In this document: positions 13,778-30,238 of the stretch, in pieces | Layout of the letters: every line of letters starts with the position of its first letter | Numbering within the stretch: position 1 is the first letter of the stretch | Assembly: GCF_009914755.1 (NCBI RefSeq) | Contig: NC_060927.1 | DNA length: 64,000 nucleotides | DNA from: the human T2T-CHM13v2.0 reference genome, Homo sapiens | Direction: 5' to 3' (one strand) | Made by a program: the position numbers and the translations under genes | Notes under the pieces: model-generated | The model's input: the letters and a program-made list of their open reading frames with translations, nothing else | The model's database searches: none | Told to the model about the DNA's origin: nothing

Positions 13778-16129
13778 ATATGAAATAAAATGACAGGGAC
13801 ACTGCTTGTCTTTTTCCTTTTCCTTTTTTTTTTTTTTTCCATTTAACACATACTCAGGCACATTGTTGGTGATCAGTGAATAGTCATTGAATGAATAATG
13901 TTTGTATTAAATGGTGCATAATTGTTGAATTGCATTTAGTTAGTTGTATCCTACATGGAGAAATGGGACTCATACAATTTGAATAATTTTCATGCTTTAA
14001 AATTTTACTTTGATAATCATGCACCTACATGAGTGAAGGAATGGAAAGAGAAAAAATCTAATTTTGGGGGGCATTTGAACAGCACATTCTCATAGAGATC
14101 CTGATGCAATTCCTGACATTTGTAAAAGAACTCCTGATGGGACTTACAAATCATGGATCATTGATTTGGACACGGATAAAATAAAAGTGAAAAAAAATCC
14201 ACTCAAACTCTGACTTGTGAGGGAGTAAATATGTATTAAGAAATAAACTTTAAAAACCATTCTATTATAATGAAAGGTTAAAAATGTCACAAAATATAGA
14301 ATATCTTACAACCATCAATTAAAGTAAAATACCTAAGGTTATAGCAGAGAACCAAGCTAGTACAATCAGTGAGAAGTGATCAGTTTACATACATAAAGAT
14401 GCCTAGCACTATGCAGTTTTTAAATAACTTCAGATGTTGCATCAGTCTCACGGAAAAGAAGAACAAGCAAAGGTTAAATGATCATACTTCATGAATACAA
14501 GAAAGTTTCATGAGCACCAAGAAATGTTATCAATGAAATGTTTTTTATTGTGTTGTCTGGGTCCCAGATCATTAAGCAGCTATTTAGGTATAAACTTTGC
14601 AATTAAATACATCAGAATTAGTATGTGGCTGGAGAATCCCACTTAGTAGTTGGATGTTAATCATAATTTTGGTTCATTGTTATCAAATTACACATTTTTG
14701 TAAAAATATTTTAATTCTCTTTCACACACCCTGGATGATGATTTGTACTCAACACAAAATAAACGTCAACATATTTAATGACATTGGAGGGAAAGGAAAA
14801 TATTTATTAAAGTAACTTTTCGTAATTCTATTTATTTAAACAAAGAAGACACCTATATTAGGTTGTGCTTACTTTTTCCTACCGATCACTTCACATGTTA
14901 GTTAATGTTATAGAAATGCAAAAAGATACCTATACAGAGAGATTTTAGTTTGTGTACCTGTATCATTTAATAAGTTCTCATTGCAAGATAAAACAAATAC
15001 TATAGTTATTAATCAGTTGATTGGTCAGTTGGTCTATCTACCTATTTACAGTATCTATTCACAGTTTAGTAGTAAAAATGCAAAAGTTTAAACTCAAATC
15101 TTAAGGTTTTCTATGCTGAAATTATTTCCTATTTATTAATAAAGTAACGTTATGTTTCTATGTTTTTTTTCAAGTAAATTATACTTCAAATATTATCTCC
15201 ATGATTTTTGTATTATGTAACTTCTGATTAGGTCCTGACTCTTTTGGGTAATCTATTAATAGCCTATACTTAAAATATTGTAAGAATTATCGGCATTAGC
15301 AACAAGTGTTAGGAGTTCAAGATTGTGTTTGAAGGATTAATTTGTATTATTTTAAAATGTGAAATAGCCTTAAATTCCATATTTTCATCCTCAGAGACCC
15401 TTTCTTGCATTATTAACAGAATATCCTAATCTGTTCTCCTCTTCTTTGTTGTAATAGAATTTGAGGTTTTTGCCTTGGAACCCAAAACTACTCTTTTAAG
15501 GGAGAGTATTCTAATAGTAGGATGATTTATACAAAGTTGCCATATTGTAGATCAAAACTTATTGAACATGATTATTTCCTATCGTTCAGCCTAATGATAA
15601 GCATGATAGTTATCAATTAAATTGATAGCAGTTTAACACATTTTTTAAAAACATGCAGTATGTGTCAAGAATTGTGTTAAATAGTAAGAATACAGTGTGT
15701 TTTTTTTTTTAAAGGAAAAGTATCTTCTATTAAGTAGAGGACATGGTTCTATAAACAAAGTTCTTATTCTAAAATATTTTACTTTTGTTTTTAATATTTT
15801 AATAACTCCATATGTGTTCAGAGCTAGCACAAAAGAAGAAAAGAATAATTTGTACTCAAATCAGAAAAGCCTGCATGAGGGGCATAGAAAAACAAATCTA
15901 ATGTGACTGTGTGGTCCAGTCTCAGGTGTGATTCTCCACATGCCACTCTAACATGCCCAGAAATCTTTCACTGCCAATTATTGACATTGTTTTACAACAT
16001 AATTTTTTATTTATCTTTCTACTGACACTTCTACCTCAAAATATACATACAAAAATGACTCCTTAAGCTTGATGTTCAATCTTTGCTTATTTTATTATCT
16101 TCCCATTACAACCAAAGTGCATCGGGGGT

Positions 16130-16488
16130 ACTCTATATTATTTTTACTTTTACCATCTTCCAAATAAAATATTAAACATACAAAAATGAATATATAAAAC
16201 CTATATATATATATTATAAACATGATGACGAATGTACAATTGTAAATTCATCTCATAACTCAAGAGCTAGAACTTCACTGATATTTTCTACAATGTGCTC
16301 CTTTCAAATCCTTCACCTTTGCCTCCCCTGCAGGTATAACCTCTATCTAGAATTATTAGTTGTCATTCTTTTGATTTTTAAAATTAGTTTTTATTGTAGT
16401 TATGTACTTCCTGAAATATTATATCGTTTAATTTTATTGTTTGGGGGTTAAAATTTTATTATATTTTGGATGATCTTCTAAAACTGGT
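16130..16488 (-). mobile_element. Old L1ME 3' region, left half of the host into which the HERV-L composite inserted (continues 22356-22700)
   Basis: Degenerate L1ME-like sequence reads through the ctggt TSD into tatttactcaccattttg...aataatgctg...cattcttgtacat. Confidence 0.55.
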
Positions 16489-16938
16489 TGTATTAGTCCC
16501 TTTTCATGATGCTAATAAAGACATACTTGAGACTGGGCAATTTAGGAAAAATACCATTAATTAGATTTTTACAGTTCCATGTGGCTGGCGAAGCCTCACA
16601 GTCATGGTGGAATATAAGGAGGAGCAAGTCCCGTCTTACACTGATGGCAGGAGGCAAAGACAGAATGAGGAAGACACAATAGTGGAAACCCCTGATAAAA
16701 CCATTAGATCTCGTGAGACTTATTCACTACCATGAGAATAGTATGGGAGGAACTGCCACCATGATTCAATTATTTCCCACCGGGTCCCTCCCACAACACA
16801 AGAAAATTATGGGGGTACAGTTCAAGATGAGATTTGAGTGAGAACACAGCCAAACCATATCATTTCACCCCTGGCCCCTGCCAAATCTAATGTCCTCACA
16901 TTTCAAAACCAATCATACCTTCCCAAAGTCCCCCAAAG
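16489..16938 (-). mobile_element. THE1B LTR (16489-16862) plus about 75 bp of adjacent THE1-int 3' end
   Basis: tgtattagtcc...ccaaaccatatca, then tttcacccctggcccctgccaaatc...ccccaaag (PPT side of the internal region). Confidence 0.9.
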
Positions 16939-17258
16939 AGGAACAAGGAGATCTAGTCAGAGTAAAAACTGAAGAAATTGGAGTCTGATGTCCAAGGGCA
17001 GGAAGGATCCAGCGCTGGAGAAAGATGTAGGCTTGGAGGCTAGGCCAGTCTCTCTTTTACATTTTTCTGCCTGCTTATATTCTAGCTGTGCTGGCAGCTG
17101 AGTAGATTGTGCCCGCCCAGATTAAGCATGGGTCTGCTTTTCCCAGTCCACTGACTCAAATGTTAATCTCCTTTGGCAACACCCTCACAGACACACCCAG
17201 GATCAATATTTTGTATCCTTCATTCCAATCAAGTTGACACTCAGTATTAAGCATCACA
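16938..17258 (-). mobile_element. MLT2A 3' LTR of HERV-L, distal end missing
   Basis: aaactgaagaa.ttggagtctgatg...ctgactcaaatgttaatctcctttggcaacaccc...gacactcagtattaagcatcaca; homologous to 22027-22350. Confidence 0.92.
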
Positions 17259-17450
17259 AGTTCACCCCTTGTCAACTTGAACCCATACACATCTCCTGAG
17301 GTCATAAATAATTTTCCAAAAAACACAATAATAAAGTGAAAATTATGCCTAACATAATACAACTATTCTTCGTACAACTGGAAATGCACCAATCCCAACC
17401 CAAATACTATTACATAAAGTTAACAGTACTTAAATGCTGATATGAAGTCA

Positions 17451-17904
<454 letters not shown>

Positions 17905-18045
17905 TCAAGTGGTCGTAGCTGGTATTGATGACTATCTTCTTCTACTACCCATTCTGTATTCCCTTTCCCTTTGGCAAGCATCTCAGCAGGTCGTGGTTTT
18001 TTCCCTGGTGGAGTGACCCAAACCTTCATTCCTGAAGGGGCTGAG

Positions 18046-18400
18046 TCATTTGTAGTCCTGCCTGGATTGGGGTGTTGTAGTTTTCCCATTGACCTTAATC
18101 ATAGGGCTTGGTAATACTAAGAGATGCCTTAATGGATCTCCTGTATTCCGTGCATACTCTTCCCCACCTCCGTTGTGGAATAGTAGAGTGATTTCATCTT
18201 GATAGTCTGGGTCAATCACCTCAGCCAACACTGTGACTCCATTCTTAGCCTGTGGACTTAAAGCTAGGAGGAGCCCAAAGTATCCAGGTACCAATCTTAA
18301 CTTCCAATTTAATGGAATCATTGTTGTGTTTCCTGGTAGCAGGGTTCCTCCCTCTGGAACTAATAACTCTAGGCCAGCAGAACATAATGTTGAGGGAGCA
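18046..18400 (-). pseudogene. HERV-L dUTPase remnant
   Basis: SAGLELLVP...IPLNWKLRL..GYFGLL...GVTVLAEVIDPDYQDEI; dUTPase downstream of IN is diagnostic of ERV-L. Confidence 0.9.
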
Positions 18401-19100
18401 GGAAACAAAAATTTTGCTAGTGGATCACTAGGGATATTGGTGAGTGGTGACACTTCCACTTCCACCCCTTGATTCCTGGACCCGTGAATCCTGGCTATGG
18501 GAGAAACAGTACCATATATTGGCTGCTGATTCAGCCCATACATGGCCTTCTTTGCCCTAGTCCTGCAAAGTATTGTCACCTAGTTGGCATTGTAGTCGTG
18601 ACTTCAAAAGGCCTTTCCACCATTCTATCAATCCAGCTGCTTCACGATTATGGCGAACATGGTAAGACCAGTGAATTCTCTGAGTCTGAGCCCACTGCCA
18701 CACTTCTTTAGCCATAAAGTGAGTGCCTTGGTCAGAGACAATGTTGTTTGGAATACCATGAGAGTGGATAAGGCATTCCATGAGTTGATGGATGGTAGTC
18801 TTAGTAGAAGCTTTGCGTGCAGAATAGAAAACCCCATATATGGAATAAGTGTCTATTCCAGTGACGACAAACCTCTGCCCTTTCCATGATGGAAGAGGTC
18901 CAATATAATCAACCTGCCACCAGGTAGCTGGCTGATCCCCCTGAGGAAGGCTGCCATATGGAGTGCTCAGTATTGGTCTCTGCTGCTGGCAAATTGGGCA
19001 CTCAGCAGTGGACATAGCCAGGTCATCTTTGCTGAGTGGAGGTCCTTGTTACTGAGTCCATGCAGAGCCTCCATCCCTGCCACCGTAGACACTTTGTTCA
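18400..19100 (-). pseudogene. HERV-L integrase remnant (frameshifted)
   Basis: CPICQ zinc motif, WQVDYIGP, SDQGTHF, GLIEWW (DDE core). Confidence 0.92.
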
Positions 19101-20790
19101 TGGGCCCATTGGGTGATGTCAGGGAGTGGCTGGGGAAAGAGGCTGAACACTGTCCACAGAACCAGTCATCCCACCCACTTGATGACTCAAATTCTCTTCT
19201 GCTGGGGTCACCCTTTGGTGAGCACTCACGTGGGACACAAATGTCTTGACAGTTTTTGACCACTCACAGAGTTCCAGCCACATACTTCTTCCCCAAATTT
19301 TGTTGTCACAAATTTTTGAATCATGCTTCTTCCAAGTCACTGAAACCACTGGCTACAGCCAATGAATCAGTATGTAGTCACACACCTGGCCATTTCTCCT
19401 TCCATGCAAAATGCATGGCCAGGTGCACTGATTGAAGTTCTGCTCACTGGGGAGATTTCCCTTCACTGTTGTCCTTCAGGGGTGTCCTAAAAAGGGGCTA
19501 TAGTGCTGCAACTGTCCACTTTTGGGTGGCACCTGCATATGGTGCAGAACCATTTGTAAACCAGGCCCTGGTCTTCTCTTCCTGTCAGTTGATCATAGAG
19601 AACTCCCCCTGAGGCCATCGGTGCAGGCTGGGGGAGAGAAGGCAGGGAGGCAGGAGTGGAGACCATGGGCATTGGAGCCACTTCTTCATAAAACTTACTT
19701 GTGCTTTCAGGACCTGCTTGAGCTCAATCACATGCATACCACTTCCATTTGATGATGGAATGCTACTGTGCATGACCCACTTTATGGTGAGATGGGCCAT
19801 TTCGAAAGCACCCAGTTCATGATAGCCAGTTCAGGTCACATGGTGACTTGAAGACCCATAGTCAAAAGGTCAGTTTCCACCAAAGCCCACTAACAGGCCA
19901 AGAGCTGTCTCTCAAAAGGAGAGTAGTTAGCTGCAGAAGATGGTAGGACCTTGCTCCAAAATCCTAGAGGCCTCCTCTGTGACTCACCTATCGGGGCCTG
20001 CCAAAGGCTCCAAACAGCAACCCCATCTGCCACTGACACCTCAAGCACCATTGGATCTGCTGGGTCATATGGCTCAAGTGGCAGAGCAGCTTGCACAGCA
20101 GCCTGGACCTGTTGCAGAGCCTTCTGTTCTAGAACCCACTAAAAACTGGCAGCCTTTCGGGTCACTCGGTAAATGGGCCAGAGTAACACACGCAAATGAG
20201 GAATGTGTTGCCTCCAAAACCCAAATAGGCCCAGTTGACATTGTGTCTCTTTCTTGGTTGTTGTGGGGTCAAATGCTGCCACTTATCATTTACCTTAGAA
20301 GGAATATCTTGACAGACCCCACACCACTGGAACTCTAAAAATTTTACTGAGGTATAAGTTCCCTGAATTTTAGTCGGATTTATTTTGCATCCTCTAGCAT
20401 GCAAATGTCTCACCAATAAGTCCAGTGAGTTTGCTACTTCTTGCTCACTGGATCCAATCAGCATCATGTCATCAATGTAATGGACCATTGTGATATCTTT
20501 TGGAAGAAAAAAGTGATGAAGTTTTCTCCAAATAAAATTATGACACAAAACTGGAGAGTTGATATACCTCTGAAGTAGGACAGGAAAGGTATATAGCTGG
20601 CCTTGCCAGCTGAAGGAAAATTGCTTCTGGTGGGCCTTATGGACAGGAATGGAGTAAAAGGCATTTGCCAAGTCAATGGCTGCATACTAGGTACCAGGAA
20701 ATGTGTAAATTTGCTGTAGCAATGAAACCACAACTGGTACAGCAGCTGCAATTGGAGTCGCCACTTGGTTAGGCTTATGATAATCCACTG
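19100..20790 (-). pseudogene. HERV-L reverse transcriptase/RNase H remnant (stops and frameshifts)
   Basis: ANAFYSIPV, HYIDD, RPLGFWSK, YSPFERQLLAC, HVSAH. Confidence 0.92.
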
Positions 20791-20797
20791 TCATTTT

Positions 20798-21292
20798 CTA
20801 AGATCTATCTGTCTTCTGCACAGGGCAAATGGGAGAGTTGAATGGGGATGTGGTAGGAATCACCACCCTTGCGTCTTTCAAGTCCTTGATGGTGGCACTA
20901 ATATCTGCAGTCTCTCCAGCAATGCAATATTGTTTTTGATTTACTATTTTTCTGGGCAGAGGCAGCTCTAATGGCTTCCATTTGGCCTTTCTCATCATAG
21001 TAGCCCTCACCTTACCAGTCAGGGAGCCAATATGGAGGTTCTGCCAGCTGCCAAGTATGTCTATGCCAACTATGCATTCTGACACTGGGGAAATGACCAC
21101 AGGATGAGTCCAGGGACCCACTGGACACATTGTAAGTTGGATCTGTGCTAAAACTCCAATAATTACCTGACCTACATAAGTTTCCGCTTTAACTGGAGGA
21201 CCGCAGTGACATTTTGGGTCCCCTGGAATCAATGGCAGCTCAAACCCAGTGTCCAGCAGTCCTGAAATGGCTGATAATTTCCCTTTCCCCAA
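20798..21292 (-). pseudogene. HERV-L protease / RT N-terminus remnant
   Basis: GLLDTG aspartyl protease motif, CIVGIDIL, SPFNSPICPVQK. Confidence 0.9.
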
Positions 21293-21954
21293 TACAGAGT
21301 TACCTCAGTGAAAGGCCAAAGGTCTCCTTGGGGAAGGATGGGAGAAAGGTTCACGACATAAATTGTTGGTAATGTAGTGGGGTCCTTCCTCAAGGGGACC
21401 TGGCCTCCCCTTAATTCAGGGGGTTCTGGGTCTGTAAGCTAGCTTACATCTGGAAATTGATTGAGAGGCTTTGATTCTGTTTTCATAATTCAAATTAGTG
21501 TTTTGTCCATTCAACCTAGAAGTTTTCTGCTTATATAAATAAGTAGGAACACAGTAGGCTTCCTATCAATTTCACTTCTAGGAAAACTGTGATTAATTAG
21601 CCAATGCCAGAGCTCTACAGGAGTCAGGCTATTCTGATTGCCGCTTTGCCTCTGCTGTCTATTACGGTAGCTATGCTCACCATGTCTTTAAAGGTTGAGT
21701 GCCACCACTTGGCCCCTGCTACTTTGGGATCCAATTATTCCCATTGTATTTAAATTAATTGAGTGACTGTGGTTCCCACTGTTAGATCTGACATACAGAG
21801 AAGGGCAATTACAGGGCTCTTCAAAGATGCAGGTGCTGCCCTCACAAGTCATTTTGCAAGGTATTGGTCAAGGGTATATTTTCTGGATCCTACCAGCTGG
21901 GATGAGTAGGTCTAAAGTGATTAATGCACTCCACCATCCCAATCTCCCTAATTA

Positions 21955-22350
21955 ATTTATATATGGGAGTTTATTAAGTATTAACTCATATGATCACAAG
22001 GTCCCACAATAGGCTATCTGCAGGCTGAGGAGCAAGAAAAGCCAGTCTGAGTTCTAAAACTGAAGAACTTGGAGACCAATGTTCAAGGTCAGGAAGCCAT
22101 CCAACATGGGAGAAATATGTAGGCTGGGAGGCTAGGCCAGTCTCACTTTTTACATTTTTCTGCCTGCTTATATTCTAGCCATGCTGGCATCTGATTAGAT
22201 TGTGCCCACCTAGATTAAGGTGGGTCTGCCTTTCCCGGCTCACTGACTCAAATGTTAATCTCTTTTGGCAACCCCTTCCCAGAAACACCCAAGATTAATA
22301 GGTTATATCATTCAATCCAACCAAGTTGACACTCAGTATTAACCATCACA
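21955..22350 (-). mobile_element. MLT2A 5' LTR of HERV-L (U5 end deleted)
   Basis: atatgggagtttattaagtattaactc...cagtattaaccatcaca, followed by TSD ctggt at 22351-22355. Confidence 0.93.
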
Positions 22351-24527
22351 CTGGTTATTTACTCACCATTTTGTATTTTAAATGAACCTCTGTTTTGTGA
22401 GCGACTGTTGTTTATTTGTGTTCACTGATCTATGGCCTTCCATTGTGTAAATATTTCAAAATTTCTTTGTTGATTTGATAAATAATTGGCATATTTTTGA
22501 TCTTTATCTTTTTTAAAACAAATAATGCTGTCCTTAGGCATTCTTGTACATCTGTTCTGTTAGGATATGTACAAGAACTTCTCTGAGATGTATGCTTAGG
22601 AACAAAATTAATGCATCGTATTTAAGCCTTCAACTTTACTATCCAATTCAATTTGGGATCCAAAGTCATTATCAGTGCTATCCTTGAGAAACCGTGCCTT
22701 TGATGTCCCTAGAAGGCTTTATTAATGAAGTAAGACTGGGTCTCTCATTCCTTCTCTCTCTCTCTCTCTGTCTATCTCTTAATATTTAGATATGTCCTCA
22801 TCTACCTATTTGAAAAATTATAGGGATTTTTAAATATAAGATAGAAAAATAGAGGTTTAGGTATGGGTATACATTTTGGTATTATTTATATGTTAGTGTT
22901 AGGAGAATACATTTGTTAATTTAAATCAAGGCATGAATGAGAACAAAAGGTAGATCTCAAAGATGCTATTACTTGGGTATAAAGATGTTTTATGTACTCT
23001 TAAGTTTCATTAAAGACCACTGCTTTATATGGCTTTATATCAAAGAGATGGTACCATAGTTGCTTGCCAGGTATCTATTTTACATCCATTCAAACACGCA
23101 CAGACTGACAAATAAGTATAGTTGATTAAATGGCAATTACTTATTTAAAAACAATAAAAACATCCTTGAGCAAATTTATAAAGAGTCTCTTCCTTCTGGC
23201 TGCTACATTTTAGTGGTAAGAATCACATCTAAAAAAATTAACATAGTTTTCAGTAAACTATGTACTTTGTTAGAAAACATAAGTTCTAATGGTAATAAAT
23301 TGACATAACATGGTGAAGGGAATGGAGAGTGTAGGGAATGAAGTTTGGTTGGAATTTTAGAGAGTCATTGTCACCTTGAAAAGATAGCATTTGAGCAAAG
23401 GCTTGAAAAGGTGCAGCTTCTAGTTGCTCCAGCTAAAGGGATCAACAAGGAAGTGATTTGTCTGAGGATCTCCAAGGAGGCTTTATGGCTAGAGTAAAAG
23501 TAGGATGAGATACGGGACAGGCTTTGTCCTACAACACTCATTTTTTTTGTTTTAATATTTATTAATGTTTTCATGTTATTACCATCATTAATGCAGTGTG
23601 ATTATTGTTATTTTTTGCTTTCTGCTCTAAGTCCTAGGTTTTTGTTGTCTTCTTTGCTCTAGTTACATAAAATGCATTTATTCAATTAAAAAATTCTAGA
23701 AATACAGAATCTGATCTTTCAGTGGTTATATTCAGCATTCTGTCTAGTGACATATATACTCATTTTTTAAAAAAATTGCTGAAACAAACTAGGTGGAAAC
23801 ATTTAAAGTTAGATGCTAGATTATAAACTTAAAAGTAGAAGTGCATCTATTTAAATGACTAGCCTCTCCCACTATTCACATTGAGAATCTAACAGAGTTG
23901 AGAGTTGGGGATGTGGAAGTACCTTTGGAGACTATTTTTCTCTAGGGCTTATGGATTGTGCTGTGAGTCTCAGAGGGGATGAGAACCAGAGAGAGGTGGC
24001 ATTCTAATAGAACTTTAAATAAGAAAAATGATGCTCTGAAGAAACCATGTGGAGCTCTTCATTTGTGTTCCTCTGTACTTTAGCAGACATCTTAAAATAT
24101 TGTCTGATTTACAACTGAGAAAGAGTGAGAGATGGTGGGGTAGTTTATCAAAGCAGAAAAAGGTGCCTTTTTGGCTGTTTTGTCTTTCTACAGTTTTTGG
24201 GCAAGGTATTGATAGCATTGTTTTTTTCTTTTTTTGGTCATGAGTCAACCCATGAAAGATATTCAAATATGTGTTACTTTAGATTTTGCGCAGGCTGAGG
24301 AACTAGATCTCAGCAGAGAGAAGTGGAAAGTATTCCTGGGAACTGAGAATAAATGACTATCCAGCAGGCATTTCCTCTCTACAGGACATTGCAGATGGGA
24401 GGTCTTCAGTACTGGAGAACTTTTCTCAGGACAACATGTTAGACTTAGCTATCTGCCAAGTTTGGGCTTGTCTGAGTGCATCATGGTAGTATTTCTGAAG
24501 TAAGATCTTTCTCAACTTCCTTTATCC

Positions 24528-24994
24528 TGTTGACCTAAAGAAATAAGCTGAGGATAAAATATAATTTTAAAGAGTTTACTTGAGCCAAAATGAGGAAAGC
24601 TGCCTGGGATATACTTCCTAGTTGCCTTGGTGAGTGCTCAATTGAGCCTTTGTTAGAAGCAAGTTTTTAAAGGCAAATGGGAATAAGGAGGTGGCTGATG
24701 CACAGTTATTCGACAGGAATTCTCATTGGCATACATAAATAAATAACATTGATTAGTAATTGACCATACATTGTTGAAATATAGGATATGAGTTATGGTG
24801 TTTGGTATATGGCATTGTAGGGCTACTGGATATCAATCACTCTAAAGCCAACATACCAAATGGCATCAAAGGGTAATTGTTTGGCCTAAGGGAGGAGAGA
24901 GATTTGACTGCTGTCACATTTCACTCTCTCTCTCTGGACCTGATAATTTAAAGGGGCTTGAATTCCTCAGATAAAAAGCTTATCTCCTTTCTCA
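24528..24994 (-). mobile_element. MER31-type ERV1 solo LTR
   Basis: tgttgacctaaag..aagctgagg...gagtttacttgagccaa...ttcctcagataaaaag...tttctca; TG..CA ends. Confidence 0.7.
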
Positions 24995-25112
24995 CTTTGT
25001 ACCACTATTCCCTAACTCCAATTTCAAAGTGGCCAGAAACAGGTGTTACTTTTCTATGGAAGAGAAGAAATATTACGTAGAGGAAAGGAAGAGAAATCTG
25101 ATCATAACTACA

Positions 25113-28003
<2,891 letters not shown>

Positions 28004-28148
28004 AATCGAAAATATAAGGATACTGCCCAGCTTTTCATCCAGGGGCAGGAGAAAAACAACTAGTGCTACATCACAGATCCCAAAAGACAGTAGGAGAAAA
28101 TGATTTACCATTAAAATGAATTAATTATGTTTTTACAATTAACCAGAT

Positions 28149-28173
28149 ACACACACACACACACACACACACA
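28149..28173. repeat. (CA)n microsatellite
   Basis: About 12 CA units. Confidence 0.95.
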
Positions 28174-28927
28174 TCCTTGCAAGCAGACACACACCTGAAA
28201 CTTTATTTTTATTGGCAATGTAAACAATAAAAGAGTAGCCCATCTGTAAAAGATGGATATTTAAATTCTAAACACTTTCCTCATATACTCCATTCAATTT
28301 GTTTATTAAATCAGAGATATTTTGGTGCAGATAAATATTCATGTTAATTTTATATTATGTATTTCTTTTGAGATTATTCTAATTGATTATTTTTTATTTG
28401 TAGAATAATTATGTGGACTTGACTCATATTTAGCTAATGTAATTGACAACAGTAAACTTTTTGTACAGTCTTATATTCTTCAGCTTGTGTTTTACTTCAT
28501 CTTTTGTTCAAACAATTATATCTGTGTAATTTATTTAAGAAGTTACATAAGTGATATAATTACTGAACCCTTGTTTTAATGACTTAATCAGGGAATAATT
28601 TGTAAGCATCTACTGAGTCAGGAATATCTATTTTCTTTATGCATAAAAAGTATTTTGGCTGATTGGAGAATTCTTGAATTTTAAGTCTTTGTCTACTTCT
28701 TACCTTCTCCCTCCCCATAAAAGATCTTTCCTTGCAGCTTTGTTATCAATATCCTTTGTTGTTTCCAGGCTGTGTTCTTTTCCTTTGTTTTCCCTCATCT
28801 CTATCCTGTGTTATTTGTGTGCTTATATTGTTTTTGAATATTAAAACTCAAATATTTCAATGAAATGACACTTGATATTAGAATACTTAGATTTTGTTTA
28901 TACATTCATGTTAAGCTTCAGTTTAAG

Positions 28928-29239
28928 ATTATTATTATTATTATTTTTTTTTTGAGATGAAGTCTTGTTCTAGTCACCCAAGCTGGAGTGAGCAATGGCA
29001 AGACCTTGGCTCACTGCAATCTACAACTCCTAGGTTCAAGTGATTCTCCTGTCTCTGCCTCCCGAGTAGCTGGGATTACAGGCGTGCACCATCACACCTG
29101 GCTAGTTTTTTGTATTTTTAGTAGAGATGGGGTTTCACCATGTTGGCCAGGCTGGGCTCGAACTCCTGTCCTCAGGTGATCTGTCTGCCTCAGCCTCCCA
29201 AAGTGTTGGGATTACAGGCGTAAACCACAGTGCCTATCC
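28928..29239 (-). mobile_element. AluS (Sx-like)
   Basis: Full dimer on the minus strand with an (ATT)n/T tail. Confidence 0.93.
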
Positions 29240-29249
29240 AAAATAGTTG

Positions 29250-29554
29250 TGATTATTGTTATTATTATGTTTTTTAGAGACAGGGTCTCACTCTGTCCCC
29301 CAGGCTGCAATGACACAAACTTGGCTCAATGCAGCCTTACCCTCCTGGGCTCAAGCAATCTTAATACCTCAGCCTCCCAAGTAGCTGGGCCTAAAGGCAC
29401 ATGCCACTATGCCCCCCTAATTTTTTGTAATTTTGTAGAGATGGTAGTCACTCTATGTTTCCCAAGCAGGTCTCAAACTCCTGGGTGCAAGCCATCCTCC
29501 CATCTTAGACTCCCAAAGTATTTGGATTACAGGTGTGAACCACCATGTTCAGCC
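29250..29554 (-). mobile_element. AluJ
   Basis: gagacagggtctcactctgtc, ctcctgggctcaagcaatc (J-type), diverged. Confidence 0.88.
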
Positions 29555-29584
29555 TATCACTTATTTGAGTAATACATAATTTGT

Positions 29585-29752
29585 ATTTTTTCTGCTTTTT
29601 GTTTTTCTGAAACAGGGTCTCACTCTGTCACCCAGACTGTAGTTCAGTGGCGTCATCAAAGCTCACTGCAGCCTCTAGCTCCTGAGCTCAAGCAATTCTG
29701 CCACTTCAGCATCCTGATTAGCTAGGTCTACAGGCACATGCTACCATGCCCA
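29585..29752 (-). mobile_element. AluJ right arm / FRAM-like monomer
   Basis: cagggtctcactctgtcaccca...ctcactgcagcctc...ctcctgagctcaagcaattc. Confidence 0.8.
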
Positions 29753-29859
29753 CTATCTCATTCTTTTTTAGCTTGTTTTTCCTAGATTGAATTTTCCGTA
29801 TCTTTCACATTTTCTTATAATTACCTTCTTTTATATTATTTTGTCAATTGTCATGAATT

Positions 29860-30238
29860 TAGTTTGTTGGTTGGCTTTTGAAGACTCGGTCATATATTCT
29901 TTGCCTAGGCCAATATCCAGAAGAGTTTTTCCCAGGTTTTCTTTTAGGATTTTTATAGTTTTCAGGTATTATATTTAAGTCTTTAATCCATCTCAAATTA
30001 ATTTTTGTAGATGATAAGAGGAATGGGCCCAGTTTCATTCTTCCTGTGGCTATCCAATTTTCCCAGCACCATTTATTGAACAGGATGTCATTTCCCCAGT
30101 GCAAATGTTTTTGATAACTTTGTTGAAGATCGGTTGGTGGTAGGTCTATGGCTTTATTTTTGTGGTCTGTCTTCCATTCCATTGATCTATGTGTTTATTT
30201 TTATATCAGTACTACACTCTTTTGCTTACTACAGCTTC
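29860..30238 (-). mobile_element. Older L1 (L1PB/L1MA-like) ORF2 fragment
   Basis: ORF 29859-30182 contains [10 protein letters not shown] and [11 protein letters not shown]. Confidence 0.88.

Noticed and set aside
18046-21292. RT-integrase-dUTPase cluster as a novel system
   Set aside because: This is the standard HERV-L gene order, heavily disrupted by stops and frameshifts.
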